Assembly: GCA_027622665.1 (NCBI GenBank)
Contig: JAQBYT010000001.1
Location: 288,001-352,000, forward strand
Length of the DNA: 64,000 nucleotides
From: Verrucomicrobiota bacterium
GTDB lineage: Bacteria > Verrucomicrobiota > Verrucomicrobiia > Opitutales > Seribacteraceae
Direction of reading: 5' to 3'
Below the pieces are notes generated by a model. It searched no databases, was not told the origin of the DNA, and saw nothing but the letters and a program-made list of their open reading frames with translations. Positions within the stretch are counted from its first letter, which is position 1. Each line of letters begins with the position of its first letter. A program made the translations under genes and the position numbers. This document shows positions 53,575-62,935 of this stretch, in pieces.

Positions 53575-53618
53575 TTCGAAAAATATCCAAGCACGGAGAA
53601 GCAATTGCAGCAAGCGTT

Positions 53619-55286
53619 GTGATAAGGATTTCAGAAATCGACCCAGCCGTACCATTGCGGGCGCCATTGCTTTGGGTCCTGCTTCCATGGATCGGCGGGT
53701 TGGTCGCGGCGGATATCTTGATGCCACATGAGATTATGCCCGTTTTTGCCGTTGGCCTAGTTTTTTCTCTCGTAGGGATATGGGCCGTTGCGCGTCAAAA
53801 GTGTGCACGATGGTTGTGGGCTGTTTTCTTTATCGGAGGAGTATTCTGCCTGTCAGCCACGAGATACCTTCAAGTGGAAGGCTCTCGTAAAACTACATCT
53901 AACTTGCTCGACTTGCCCCAGCGAGAACTAGTTTTCGACATCCACATTGAGCGCCTCTTCGATCAAAAAAATGATTCGGTGAAGTTTTCCGGGCTTGGCC
54001 ATGTTCGAGGGACACCCGATGTCCGACGTGATCTAATAGGCAAACGGATCTATTTTCGACTAGCCTGCAAAAATCAAGGCAACGAACCGATCGAAGGTGA
54101 CAGAATACGGGCTTTGGGCGTGCTATATCCGATCCAAGATGGCGATGACAGTTCATTTACCCGCCTCCTTCTCGCCAAAGGCATCCAATACGAGTTTCGA
54201 CGGGGTGAAATTTCAGAAAAGATCGTTCCCGCAAGTTCATTCGCTCACTTTTGTCGTAATTCAAATCGAGACATTGAGAAACTGTTACGTTTCGGAGCCG
54301 AACCGGAAGACGAACTCGTCGCGGGAATTGCCGTCGCCATGCTTCTTGGGAAAAAAGCCGCAATCCCGCGGGATCAAAAAGAGCGCTTTATCCTCGCGGG
54401 AGCTATGCACCTTTTCGCCATAAGCGGTCTTCACATAGCCATCGTGGCTGGTTTGCTTATATTATTACTGCGACTGGTCCCTGGCCCGAGGTGGATTGAG
54501 ACGGGCCTTATGTTGACCCTGTTATACCTCTATGTCCAAATTACGGGTGGTACTCCGTCGGCCCAACGCGCTTTCATTATGATCGCGTTTTGGAAGGCTT
54601 CGGACATTGCGGGAATGAGGGGAGGGGCATTTCAGGCACTCGTAACTTCCGCATTGTTCGTGCTGGCAATAGACCCAGGGCAGTTTTGGGACAAAGGCTT
54701 TCAGCTTTCTTATGCCGTAGTCTTCTCCATAATTCTGTATGGTGGCCCTCTAGGACAAAGGCTGCAGGTTGCTTTGAGGCCTTGGCGATTCCTTTCGGAT
54801 GAAGAATTATCGGGTCACCGCAAAGCAGGAGTTCAAATATGTCATTGGTTTTTTGGGGCTCTTGCCATAAGCACTGCGGCGACCTTGGCCAGTTCACCAC
54901 TCGCCGCAGACGCCTTTGGAGTTTTTTCTCCGGGAGGTATTCTGTTGAATGTATTTCTTGTTTTTTTAGCCATTGGAGCAATTTGGTTGGCCGTGTTTTC
55001 CCTGCCGTTCGGGGCATGCGGTTTTGATTTTCTTCACGAAATCGATTGGTGCATCATACGATTGATGGATTTCCTCGTAAATTTCTTTATTAAAATTCCG
55101 GGCTTTTTCTATCGTGCGGAAGTGGAAGCCTCATGGGCGCCTGCAATAACTAGCTTCGCCTATCTCGGCGTATGCCTTGCATTAGCTCGCAGGTTGCCGT
55201 CATCATCTGCATTCGTCTTTTTTGCCGCACCGGCATGCATTGCCTTTTTTGTTGCATTTGGGACCAACCTGTCTTTGGGAAACTAA
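53619..55286 (+). CDS. comEC: ComEC/Rec2 competence protein (OB + competence domains, no C-terminal metallo-beta-lactamase domain)
   Basis: HLFAISGLH, PSAQRA, GFQLSY; probable GTG start at 53619 avoids overlap with rarA. Confidence 0.88.
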   Translation: MIRISEIDPAVPLRAPLLWVLLPWIGGLVAADILMPHEIMPVFAVGLVFSLVGIWAVARQKCARWLWAVFFIGGVFCLSATRYLQVEGSRKTTSNLLDLPQRELVFDIHIERLFDQKNDSVKFSGLGHVRGTPDVRRDLIGKRIYFRLACKNQGNEPIEGDRIRALGVLYPIQDGDDSSFTRLLLAKGIQYEFRRGEISEKIVPASSFAHFCRNSNRDIEKLLRFGAEPEDELVAGIAVAMLLGKKAAIPRDQKERFILAGAMHLFAISGLHIAIVAGLLILLLRLVPGPRWIETGLMLTLLYLYVQITGGTPSAQRAFIMIAFWKASDIAGMRGGAFQALVTSALFVLAIDPGQFWDKGFQLSYAVVFSIILYGGPLGQRLQVALRPWRFLSDEELSGHRKAGVQICHWFFGALAISTAATLASSPLAADAFGVFSPGGILLNVFLVFLAIGAIWLAVFSLPFGACGFDFLHEIDWCIIRLMDFLVNFFIKIPGFFYRAEVEASWAPAITSFAYLGVCLALARRLPSSSAFVFFAAPACIAFFVAFGTNLSLGN

Positions 55287-55290
55287 TGTT

Positions 55291-55566
55291 ATGAAAAGTG
55301 CATACGAATTAGCCATGGAGCGTTTTGACGGAGATGATGAATCCGAACCTCTCTCCAAAGACCAAAAAGCGGAAATTGCCGAAATCTCATCCAAATATAA
55401 GGCTAAGATCGCCGGTCGGACAATATTCCTAGAAAAGAATATCGCGGACTCCATCGCCTCAGGTGACGAAGAGGGGGCGGATAAGATTCGCCAGCAAATC
55501 GCCTACGAAACCTCCACTCTGGAGGAAGAGGCCGAACAGGCCAAGGAGAGGGCTAGAAAAGGCTGA
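55291..55566 (+). CDS. Small helical hypothetical protein
   Basis: MKSAYELAMER...LSKDQKAEIAEI..KYKAKIA, coiled-coil-like; starts 4 nt after the comEC stop. Confidence 0.75.
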   Translation: MKSAYELAMERFDGDDESEPLSKDQKAEIAEISSKYKAKIAGRTIFLEKNIADSIASGDEEGADKIRQQIAYETSTLEEEAEQAKERARKG

Positions 55567-55715
55567 AGCTTAGCTTGCCTGAAACGACTTGGACATAATC
55601 CCACAAGGAGAGTGTCGCACAACAACATTTAGCCGAACAACAAGTTTCTGCTTCGTGACTCGAACCAATGAGCCACATTCTGCTTAGAAAGAGAAGATGT
55701 AGAGCAACAAAAAAA

Positions 55716-56882
55716 TCAACTCCTCGAGTGAACGGGGAAGTCATCAGGTAGTTTTCTTGCGAACCAAAACCAAGTATTGCCCTTAGATATCGCAGAAAAT
55801 TCCACGATCCTGTGCCCGCCCTCTTTTTTGCTGAGCCGAATGGTAATGTCTCTTAGGTTCTGCCCCTGAGTAATTTGGCCCAACGCTTCTCGACCGATTA
55901 CCAAATCCTGCGGGTCTACAAAGTTAAAGAAGGGTTTGTCGATAAATTCGGTTGCCGACCACCCCAAAAACTCAGCCCACCCATCGCTATCGCCATGAAA
56001 AAAGACTTCGCCGTCCTTAACCTGGATGATTCCGCTGAAATCAGCATCTTGCGAAAGCTCATCTAAAGTAAACTCCCCGCGCATGCGAGACTGAGCGGTC
56101 GGATTCTTCATTTTGTGATAATGCCTAGGCGTAACTCCTACGCGCTTTTTAAAGGCTCTGTGAAAATAGTGTATACTCTCGAAACCGCAGTTTGCCGAAA
56201 TTTCTTTTACGCTTACACGCACGTTTGACAACAAGGTCTTGGCGCGTTCAATGCGCTCGCGAATCAAGTCTTCAGTAGGGCTTACTCCAAATTCATTCTT
56301 GAAAAGGGCCGCAAAGCGACTCGAACTTAAATTTGCCAATCGTGCCATTTCCTCGATAGCCCAATGCTCGACCATCCGTTCGTGTACTTCAGCTCTTACC
56401 TCTCGAAGTACATGAGAGTGGTCGGAAGAAAAAGACGAGAGGTCGTCCTTTGCATAACGAGAAAGTTTCAGGATGAATTCCTCCAACGCCAAAGTGGCAA
56501 TGCGTTCCCAATTGAGTTCGCGACGCAAACTTTCGGTCTTCATCTTTTCAAATAAAGACGAGATGAAATGTGTTCGATAAGGATAAAAGACTTCATTCAT
56601 CAAAAATCCGCCTGTGAGTGCAATTTTTTCAGACGATGATCCTGAAAAGGTCAAATAGTCATTCGACCAACGATCTCCCGCCCCCCTATAATATTGCGGG
56701 TTCTGAGGAGTATACATTACGCAGGCCCCTGGCTCGGCTTCAGTCAGGCCAGAAGATGTTTTGACCAACGCTGGGCTAAGAAAATGTATGAATGTATATT
56801 CGTTGGAACCTTCGAGGATATCGACCACATGGTTCTCCGAGTGCTCAACTGAGCTATCGCAATTGTTTATTTGTAGTTTCAC
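55716..56882 (-). CDS. AraC family transcriptional regulator with C-terminal PAS-like domain
   Basis: Cupin-like N-terminus; AraC HTH (MARLANLSSSRF...FKNEFGVSP...VKEISANCGFESIHYFHRAFKK); C-terminal FLGWSATEFIDKPFFNFVDPQD...KKEG. Confidence 0.88.
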   Translation of the reverse strand: MKLQINNCDSSVEHSENHVVDILEGSNEYTFIHFLSPALVKTSSGLTEAEPGACVMYTPQNPQYYRGAGDRWSNDYLTFSGSSSEKIALTGGFLMNEVFYPYRTHFISSLFEKMKTESLRRELNWERIATLALEEFILKLSRYAKDDLSSFSSDHSHVLREVRAEVHERMVEHWAIEEMARLANLSSSRFAALFKNEFGVSPTEDLIRERIERAKTLLSNVRVSVKEISANCGFESIHYFHRAFKKRVGVTPRHYHKMKNPTAQSRMRGEFTLDELSQDADFSGIIQVKDGEVFFHGDSDGWAEFLGWSATEFIDKPFFNFVDPQDLVIGREALGQITQGQNLRDITIRLSKKEGGHRIVEFSAISKGNTWFWFARKLPDDFPVHSRS

Positions 56883-57135
56883 TTTTTCTTCTTTCTTTTG
56901 ATTAAAAGCAGGGAATTGTATCCAGATTAAATTAACAGGATTAGTTCATCTCGAAAGCTTAAATGCTGCACTGATACTGAAATGTTTAGTTTCTGTCAAT
57001 TGGATAAGGCAATCAATAGGTCGCATTTTTGTTTTGCATTTGGGCAGTCGATTCCTATTTATAAATAAACTTCTGCATTCTTTGTAATCTTTTATTAAAA
57101 GATTACGGAAAAACAAATCACACGAAAATTAGAAA

Positions 57136-57384
57136 ATGACTGCTCGCAAAGCATCCAAACCCAAAAAAGAATCAAAATCGTTTACCACCCGAATCTCTTT
57201 GGAGACTTGGGAAAAGGTCGACTCATACAAAAAGTATGGCAACTGGAACACAAATCAGTTGATGAACCATGCGCTCCTCTCTTTCTTCGAAGTAATTGAA
57301 TCCAAGGAGAAGAGCCCTAGATTACCACTGATTTGCGAAACTTTGCGCGATCTTGTTTCACGCACCCGAGCACGCTTCAAGTAA
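57136..57384 (+). CDS. Small basic protein, putative ribbon-helix-helix DNA-binding protein
   Basis: KSFTTRIS strand, LETWEKVDSYKK helix, G turn, NTNQLMNHAL helix. Confidence 0.55.
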   Translation: MTARKASKPKKESKSFTTRISLETWEKVDSYKKYGNWNTNQLMNHALLSFFEVIESKEKSPRLPLICETLRDLVSRTRARFK

Positions 57385-57555
57385 GGTATTGCTGGCAAGA
57401 AATCTTCCTAGGTGTTATATTCTCCTCGCAATTGCGAATTGCTGGGAATTTCTTACCTTGAGAGCATTGTAGAAGCGACAATAGGCCGAATAGAAATTTC
57501 AGGGTTCGAGTTTAGGTTTGCCCGCTCGAAAAGCTAATGCACCCTGCTTTGCATT

Positions 57556-58983
57556 ATGAGTGATGCGAAAGAAAATCATCTTTGCCTTCAGGACACGATG
57601 TCTAGGAGTAAGTGTAAAGTTTTTGCCGAAAAAGAAGGCGTGCTTCGATTCTACTGCTGTGGCCCGACTGTATACGGGGCGGCTCACATAGGAAATTTTC
57701 GAACATTTGCCGCTCAGGATTTATTTCGAAGGGTCACGGAATACAATGGTTTGAAAACCTTGCATGTCCGCAACCTAACGGATGTCGACGACAAAACCAT
57801 TCGCGACTCGATAAAGGCGGGGCAGCAGCTAAAGAAGTTCACCACATACTGGACAGACCGTTTTCATAACGACTGCGAGTCACTTGGTTTGCTAAAACCG
57901 CATGTCGAGCCTAGTGCGGTCGCCCATATAGCTCAACAGATTCAGCTAGTAGAGAAGCTTCTTCAACGCGGACACGCCTATACTGCAGAAGATGGTTCCG
58001 TATACTTTCGAATTTCCTCTTTTGGTGAATATGGCAAACTCTCGAAGCTGAAATCCCGAGATCTTTCTGCGGGAGCAAGCCGCCGAACCACGTCGGACGA
58101 CGAATACTCAAAGGAGTCTTTAGGGGATTTCGCCCTCTGGAAAGGAAGAAGGGAGGAAGACGGCGAGAATTTCTGGAACAGCCCATGGGGCGAGGGAAGG
58201 CCAGGTTGGCATATTGAGTGTAGTGCCATGTGCAGAGAATATCTAGGAGATTCATTCGATCTCCATTCGGGTGGAGAGGATCTTGTTTTTCCTCACCACG
58301 AAAACGAGATCGCCCAAAGCATATGTTCATCGGGGAAACCTCTCGCCAGACATTGGTTTCATATTGCGCACCTAATGGTGGATGGGGGGAAAATGAGCAA
58401 AAGCCTGGGTAACATGTACACCTTGGACGACTTGAGAGAAAAAGGGCATGACCCTGAGATTGTAAGATATGCACTGCTCTCGGGTCACTACAGGCAACCG
58501 CTTAACTTTACCATTTCATCACTGGAGGCAGCTCGTTCGGCACTTGGAAAACTCCTTAAAGCCCACAACCTTCTTGGCGGGGGCGATCCGCCTTCCTATG
58601 AGGAGTCATTAGCTAGAGGCTCATCCGAACTGGGCCCCTTCCGCGCTGCCTGGGAAGCCTTGTTGGACGATCTGAATACACCAAAGGCTCTCGGAGCCCT
58701 TTTTTCCGCAGTAAACAATATCGACCCCGAAGGGTTGGCGAACGATGAAAAAGATGTTCTGCGGAGGTCATTTTGGTTTGTTCTAAATGCATTCGGAATT
58801 TGTCTGCCAAAATCCGATGCTCCAAAAGATCCTCCTGCGGAAATTAAGGAGTTGGCGGAAAAAAGACTTCAGGCGAGATTGACAAAAAACTGGGCCGAAG
58901 CCGATAAACTTCGGGAAAAGCTCGACGAGGCGGGATGGTTGGTCAAAGATCTACTTACGGGTTTCGAGCTTATTCCTAAGTAG
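57556..58983 (+). CDS. cysS: Cysteine--tRNA ligase
   Basis: CGPTVY..AHIGN, GRPGWHIECSAM, FPHHENE, KMSKS. Confidence 0.98.
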   Translation: MSDAKENHLCLQDTMSRSKCKVFAEKEGVLRFYCCGPTVYGAAHIGNFRTFAAQDLFRRVTEYNGLKTLHVRNLTDVDDKTIRDSIKAGQQLKKFTTYWTDRFHNDCESLGLLKPHVEPSAVAHIAQQIQLVEKLLQRGHAYTAEDGSVYFRISSFGEYGKLSKLKSRDLSAGASRRTTSDDEYSKESLGDFALWKGRREEDGENFWNSPWGEGRPGWHIECSAMCREYLGDSFDLHSGGEDLVFPHHENEIAQSICSSGKPLARHWFHIAHLMVDGGKMSKSLGNMYTLDDLREKGHDPEIVRYALLSGHYRQPLNFTISSLEAARSALGKLLKAHNLLGGGDPPSYEESLARGSSELGPFRAAWEALLDDLNTPKALGALFSAVNNIDPEGLANDEKDVLRRSFWFVLNAFGICLPKSDAPKDPPAEIKELAEKRLQARLTKNWAEADKLREKLDEAGWLVKDLLTGFELIPK

Positions 58984-59038
58984 TCAAAAAGATTGATGGA
59001 GGGGTGAACTCAATAAGGAAAAAATCTTTTCCGAATTC

Positions 59039-59920
59039 TTATTTCCGGATTAAGGTAAGCTGCGACCACTCTCCTTCGTCTTTTCTTCGCAGGATGAAGC
59101 TTGAGCCTAAGCGATTGATGGTATCTTGAAAGGTTTCGGCTGTCTTTTTAGCTTCAACAGACAAGATTCCAGACAGGGCAAGGAGTCCTTGCGAGCGAAC
59201 GGCACATAGCAACAGTTCAGCATTCGCACAAAGTACATCTGCCTGTATGTTTGCCAGTACAAGATCGGCACTTTCCGAAAAAAGTCCTCCTGCTATATCG
59301 TTCGTGGTAAAACTGACATCGCCACCCATCCCATTTGCCGTAGCGTTTTCGATGGAAATTCGGACGGCATCGGGATCGATATCAACACCTTTCACATTTC
59401 CCGCCCCAAGTAACTTGGCGGATAAAGCGAGTATTCCTGAACCGCAACCTACGTCGATACAACTAAGCCTCCCGGGATCGGTCTCTTCGAAAAACTCAAT
59501 GATCGCACCTAAGCACAGGCGAGTAGTTTCGTGAAGTCCCGTGCCAAAAGCCATTCCGGGATCGACGTACAGTGCCTGTTCCCCCTCCGGCAAGACATAG
59601 GTTGCACGCTCCCACTCAGGCACAAGATGCAAGGGACCGATGCTCCAAGGATGGAAATGTTCTTTGTAAGCTTCTTTCCAGTCACGATCCTCGACAGTTG
59701 AAAGCTCGAGCGAGAGGGATTCGACAAATGCGGGAAACCTTTGGGACAGGCTAGTCCACTCAGCAAGAGCCAGCTCTCGGTTGTCGAAAAAACCCTCAAG
59801 CGTTCCCTCGTCCGAAAGTCTATTTATCTGCAAACACCAGTTACTGGGAGCCAATTCCCATAAGAGGTCTTCCAGCGGAGGGATGAGCTCCGTGGACAAC
59901 GGGAGAGTCGCCTTGATCAT
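59039..59920 (-). CDS. prmA: Ribosomal protein L11 methyltransferase
   Basis: DPGMAFGTGLHETT, DVGCGSGIL, LANI. Confidence 0.95.
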   Translation of the reverse strand: MIKATLPLSTELIPPLEDLLWELAPSNWCLQINRLSDEGTLEGFFDNRELALAEWTSLSQRFPAFVESLSLELSTVEDRDWKEAYKEHFHPWSIGPLHLVPEWERATYVLPEGEQALYVDPGMAFGTGLHETTRLCLGAIIEFFEETDPGRLSCIDVGCGSGILALSAKLLGAGNVKGVDIDPDAVRISIENATANGMGGDVSFTTNDIAGGLFSESADLVLANIQADVLCANAELLLCAVRSQGLLALSGILSVEAKKTAETFQDTINRLGSSFILRRKDEGEWSQLTLIRK

Positions 59921-60528
59921 TCCCCGGGAAAGGGGGTAGCGCCAATGGCAAGATCTCGAATTACCGAGGGCAAGACCACATGTTCCGCTCCATGTATCTT
60001 TTGCTCCAGCAGTTCGTAAGTATCGCCAGGCATAACTCGCACGGGAGCCTGTGCAATAATTTCGCCGCCATCCACCACTTCATTCACCCAATGAATAGTA
60101 CAACCCGTTATTTTCACGCCACGAACAAAGGCTTGTCGAATAGCTTCAAGTCCGGGAAAACCGGGCAACAAGCTCGGGTGGATATTAATTATCTTATCCG
60201 AGAATGCTTGAAGAAATGGCCCTTTTAAAATGCGCATGAATCCGGCAAGAACGATGAGGTCGGGAGCATCCTTTTTGATCGTTTCAATCCAAAGGTTTTC
60301 GGACTCCCCGTGAAGACTAGCCCGTCGGGAAGGAGCTGACAAATGGCTGTTCTTGACCTCGTAATGAGCGGCTTTTTCTAGAATACCCGCATGTTGAACA
60401 TCGCTATATACGGCAACGACCTGAGCGGGGGCGAGCTGACCTGCCGACGCCGCACATAGGATGGCCTCCGCATTTGTTCCAGAACCTGATCCTAATATGA
60501 CGACCCTCATGTTTGACATTGCGGGCAA
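59917..60528 (-). CDS. purN: Phosphoribosylglycinamide formyltransferase
   Basis: SGSGTN, LAGFMRIL, NIHPSLLP, GCTIH...VDGG; start may be ATG 60519. Confidence 0.96.
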   Translation of the reverse strand: MPAMSNMRVVILGSGSGTNAEAILCAASAGQLAPAQVVAVYSDVQHAGILEKAAHYEVKNSHLSAPSRRASLHGESENLWIETIKKDAPDLIVLAGFMRILKGPFLQAFSDKIINIHPSLLPGFPGLEAIRQAFVRGVKITGCTIHWVNEVVDGGEIIAQAPVRVMPGDTYELLEQKIHGAEHVVLPSVIRDLAIGATPFPGE

Positions 60529-60531
60529 GTT

Positions 60532-61038
60532 TTAGATTTCGGGCAAGCCTTTAATTTTCTGCAAAAGTCCGGTAGTTCCGCAGCCTTCAAGAAATGGCAG
60601 AAAGTGAATTTCGGAACCCACTTGCTCTAAGGATTCGCGTTCACTTTGGTCCATCGTCTGCAGACAGTAATCGCCAGATTTAGCATAGGCATCGGGTGAT
60701 AGAGCTTTGATTTCAGAGCTTATTCTCTTTCCGTCAAAAAGAAATACTCCTGATACGCTTTTTAGAGAAAGAAGAGCATAGGCGCGTTCGCGTTCTCCTT
60801 GCACGGGACGAGAAGAGCCCTTGAGAACTCGGACACTTAAGTCTGAATTGAGGGCGACCCAAAGATGGTTTCCCAATGCCGCAGATTGCTCCAAGCAATA
60901 GATGTGTCCGGCATGAAGTAGGTCGAAGCATCCGTTGGTGAGGACAAAAGTCTCGTTCTGCAAGTTAACTTTTTGACGAAATTCCACGGATTCCTTAAGC
61001 GAAGAAACTCCGACCAGAAGATCATCTAAGGTCGTCAC
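60532..61038 (-). CDS. RfaE/HldE domain II-like cytidylyl/adenylyltransferase
   Basis: TNGCFDLLHAGH, LNSD.SV..LKG..RP; probable GTG start at 61038 just after the dnaJ stop. Confidence 0.88.
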   Translation of the reverse strand: MTTLDDLLVGVSSLKESVEFRQKVNLQNETFVLTNGCFDLLHAGHIYCLEQSAALGNHLWVALNSDLSVRVLKGSSRPVQGERERAYALLSLKSVSGVFLFDGKRISSEIKALSPDAYAKSGDYCLQTMDQSERESLEQVGSEIHFLPFLEGCGTTGLLQKIKGLPEI

Positions 61039-61040
61039 CT

Positions 61041-62198
61041 TCAATCCTCGCCTTCGAAGAAACGCTTGGCCTTGTCTATGATTCCCTCGTCTACATCCGC
61101 GTCCTTGTCGCCGCATGATTTAGCGAAATCGACTAACAATTCGCGCTGCTTTTTTGTAAGTTTTTTAGGGACATGAATAGTTATGCGCGCATAGAGATCT
61201 CCAATCCGACCGGAACTTCGGAGGTTGGGCATTCCCTTATCGCGCAAACGAAAAGTGCGGCCCGATTGAGTACCCGCAGGTATTTTCAAGGAGACCTTGC
61301 CGTTCAGCGTGGGTACATCCATGGAACCCCCTAGAGTCGCCAAAGTAAAGGGGAGGGTGAGTTCATGAAAAAGGTCATCTCCGTCCCGCTCGAAAAGCTC
61401 GTGATCCTTAACTTGCACGAAAACATAAAGATCCGCCGCCGGACCGCTCATCAGACCCGCATCGCCTCTACCGCGAGAGCACAATCGCGTACCGTCATCC
61501 ACGCCTTTAGGTATGCTAACCTTGACGGTCGCGGGTTCCCGTACGCGCCCCTCGCCCCCACAGGTTCCACAGGGGTTTTCAATCGTCACTCCCGATCCGC
61601 TGCATTTTGGACAAGTCCGCCGAATGCTGATGAAGCCTTGGTTGGAGGCAACCTGTCCAATGCCTCCGCAAGTTGGACACATCACTTTACCAGAACCTGA
61701 GGCAGCGCCTGATCCGTCGCACGGACCACAGGTTCCATAACGCCTGTACTTGATCTCTCGATCAACACCTTCGGCAGCTTGTTTCAATGAAATTTCCACA
61801 GAGACACGCAAGTCCGAGCCACGGGCTCCTCCCGCCTCCTGACCCTGCGAACTTGAACCACCGAAGAACTCCCCGAAAATACCGCCAAATCCGCCGCCGC
61901 CGCCGCCGCCGCCGCCGCCAAAAACATCGCGGAAAAGGTCAAACGGATCAACCGCGGCTCCTCCCCCTCCTGCCCGAAATGCGTCTGGCCCAAATTGGTC
62001 ATACCTGCGCCGCTTTTCCGGATCCTTGAGGATTTCGTATGCCTCCGAGACCTTTTTGAATTGCTCCTCTGCTTCTTTATCGCCGAGGTTTTTGTCCGGA
62101 TGATATTTTACAGCAAGCTTTCGGTAAGCTTTCTTTAGTTCTTCCGGGGATGCACCTCGAGGCACACCGAGTAATTCATAAAAGTCTTCTGATGCCAT
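61041..62198 (-). CDS. dnaJ: Chaperone protein DnaJ
   Basis: J domain HPD, G/F-rich linker, four CxxCxGxG motifs. Confidence 0.98.
   Translation of the reverse strand: MASEDFYELLGVPRGASPEELKKAYRKLAVKYHPDKNLGDKEAEEQFKKVSEAYEILKDPEKRRRYDQFGPDAFRAGGGGAAVDPFDLFRDVFGGGGGGGGGGFGGIFGEFFGGSSSQGQEAGGARGSDLRVSVEISLKQAAEGVDREIKYRRYGTCGPCDGSGAASGSGKVMCPTCGGIGQVASNQGFISIRRTCPKCSGSGVTIENPCGTCGGEGRVREPATVKVSIPKGVDDGTRLCSRGRGDAGLMSGPAADLYVFVQVKDHELFERDGDDLFHELTLPFTLATLGGSMDVPTLNGKVSLKIPAGTQSGRTFRLRDKGMPNLRSSGRIGDLYARITIHVPKKLTKKQRELLVDFAKSCGDKDADVDEGIIDKAKRFFEGED
61891..61917. repeat. (CCG)9 trinucleotide microsatellite encoding the DnaJ poly-Gly run
   Basis: Nine perfect CCG copies read directly from the sequence. 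Confidence 0.9.
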
Positions 62199-62230
62199 TG
62201 CCTTGTGATTAAAAGAGGGGGCTCGCTATT

Positions 62231-62851
62231 TCAGTCTTCGGATTGTTCTTCTTCTCCAATTGAGCCTTTGGAAATCACCACCGCCGCTGGTCGAAGCAAG
62301 CGGTCGCCCAACTTATATCCCGTGCGAACAGTATAGATTACTTGTCCTTCCTCTATATCTTCGCTCGCTTCGTGACTAACGGCTTCGTGTAGGCTTGTGT
62401 CAAATGGCTGGCCCGTTGCATCGATCAAAGAGAGTCCATGCTCTCCAAGTATTGATTCCATTTGAGTCATGACCATGGCAAAACCCTCCACAACACTTTT
62501 GGCCTCCTCGCGATTCTGAGCGTCCTGAAGGCCTAGGCGAAAAGCATCAACGGCGGGAAGAAGGTCCCCAATTATGTTTGCTCGAGTGCGCGAGGCGATT
62601 TCCTCACGGTCTCGAACTGAGCGCTTTCGCAAGTTGTCCAACTCAGCTGCCGCGCGAAGGTACTTGTTTTGTAGCTCGTCACGCTTGCCATAGGCTTCTT
62701 CCAGTTTACCTTGCATCCTGCCCGACGCATCGCCTTGAGGGGAATCCTCTTCCGGAGATTCGTCCACCGCATCGGTAGCGTTAGCTTCATCCGATATCTC
62801 TTCCGAAGATTGTGATACTGTTTCTTTTTCGGTTTTGTTCTCTTGTTCCAT
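62231..62851 (-). CDS. grpE: Nucleotide exchange factor GrpE
   Basis: LRAAAELDNLRKR, FDTSLHEAV, GYKLGDRLLRPAAV; probable ATG start at 62851. Confidence 0.96.
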   Translation of the reverse strand: MEQENKTEKETVSQSSEEISDEANATDAVDESPEEDSPQGDASGRMQGKLEEAYGKRDELQNKYLRAAAELDNLRKRSVRDREEIASRTRANIIGDLLPAVDAFRLGLQDAQNREEAKSVVEGFAMVMTQMESILGEHGLSLIDATGQPFDTSLHEAVSHEASEDIEEGQVIYTVRTGYKLGDRLLRPAAVVISKGSIGEEEQSED

Positions 62852-62935
62852 CAAAGGTTGCAATGAGTTAAAAGGTATAAAAAACCTTGCCCTTCGCCGC
62901 CGGTCAACGGGAAAGCAGAGAAGTTTGCCCCCAAC

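Noticed and set aside
53508..53727. Apparent 220-nt head-to-head overlap of rarA and comEC
   Set aside because: This is an artefact of longest-ORF calling; downstream starts remove the overlap.
62852..62935. CIRCE/HrcA operator upstream of grpE
   Set aside because: No TTAGCACTC-N9-GAGTGCTAA match is seen.
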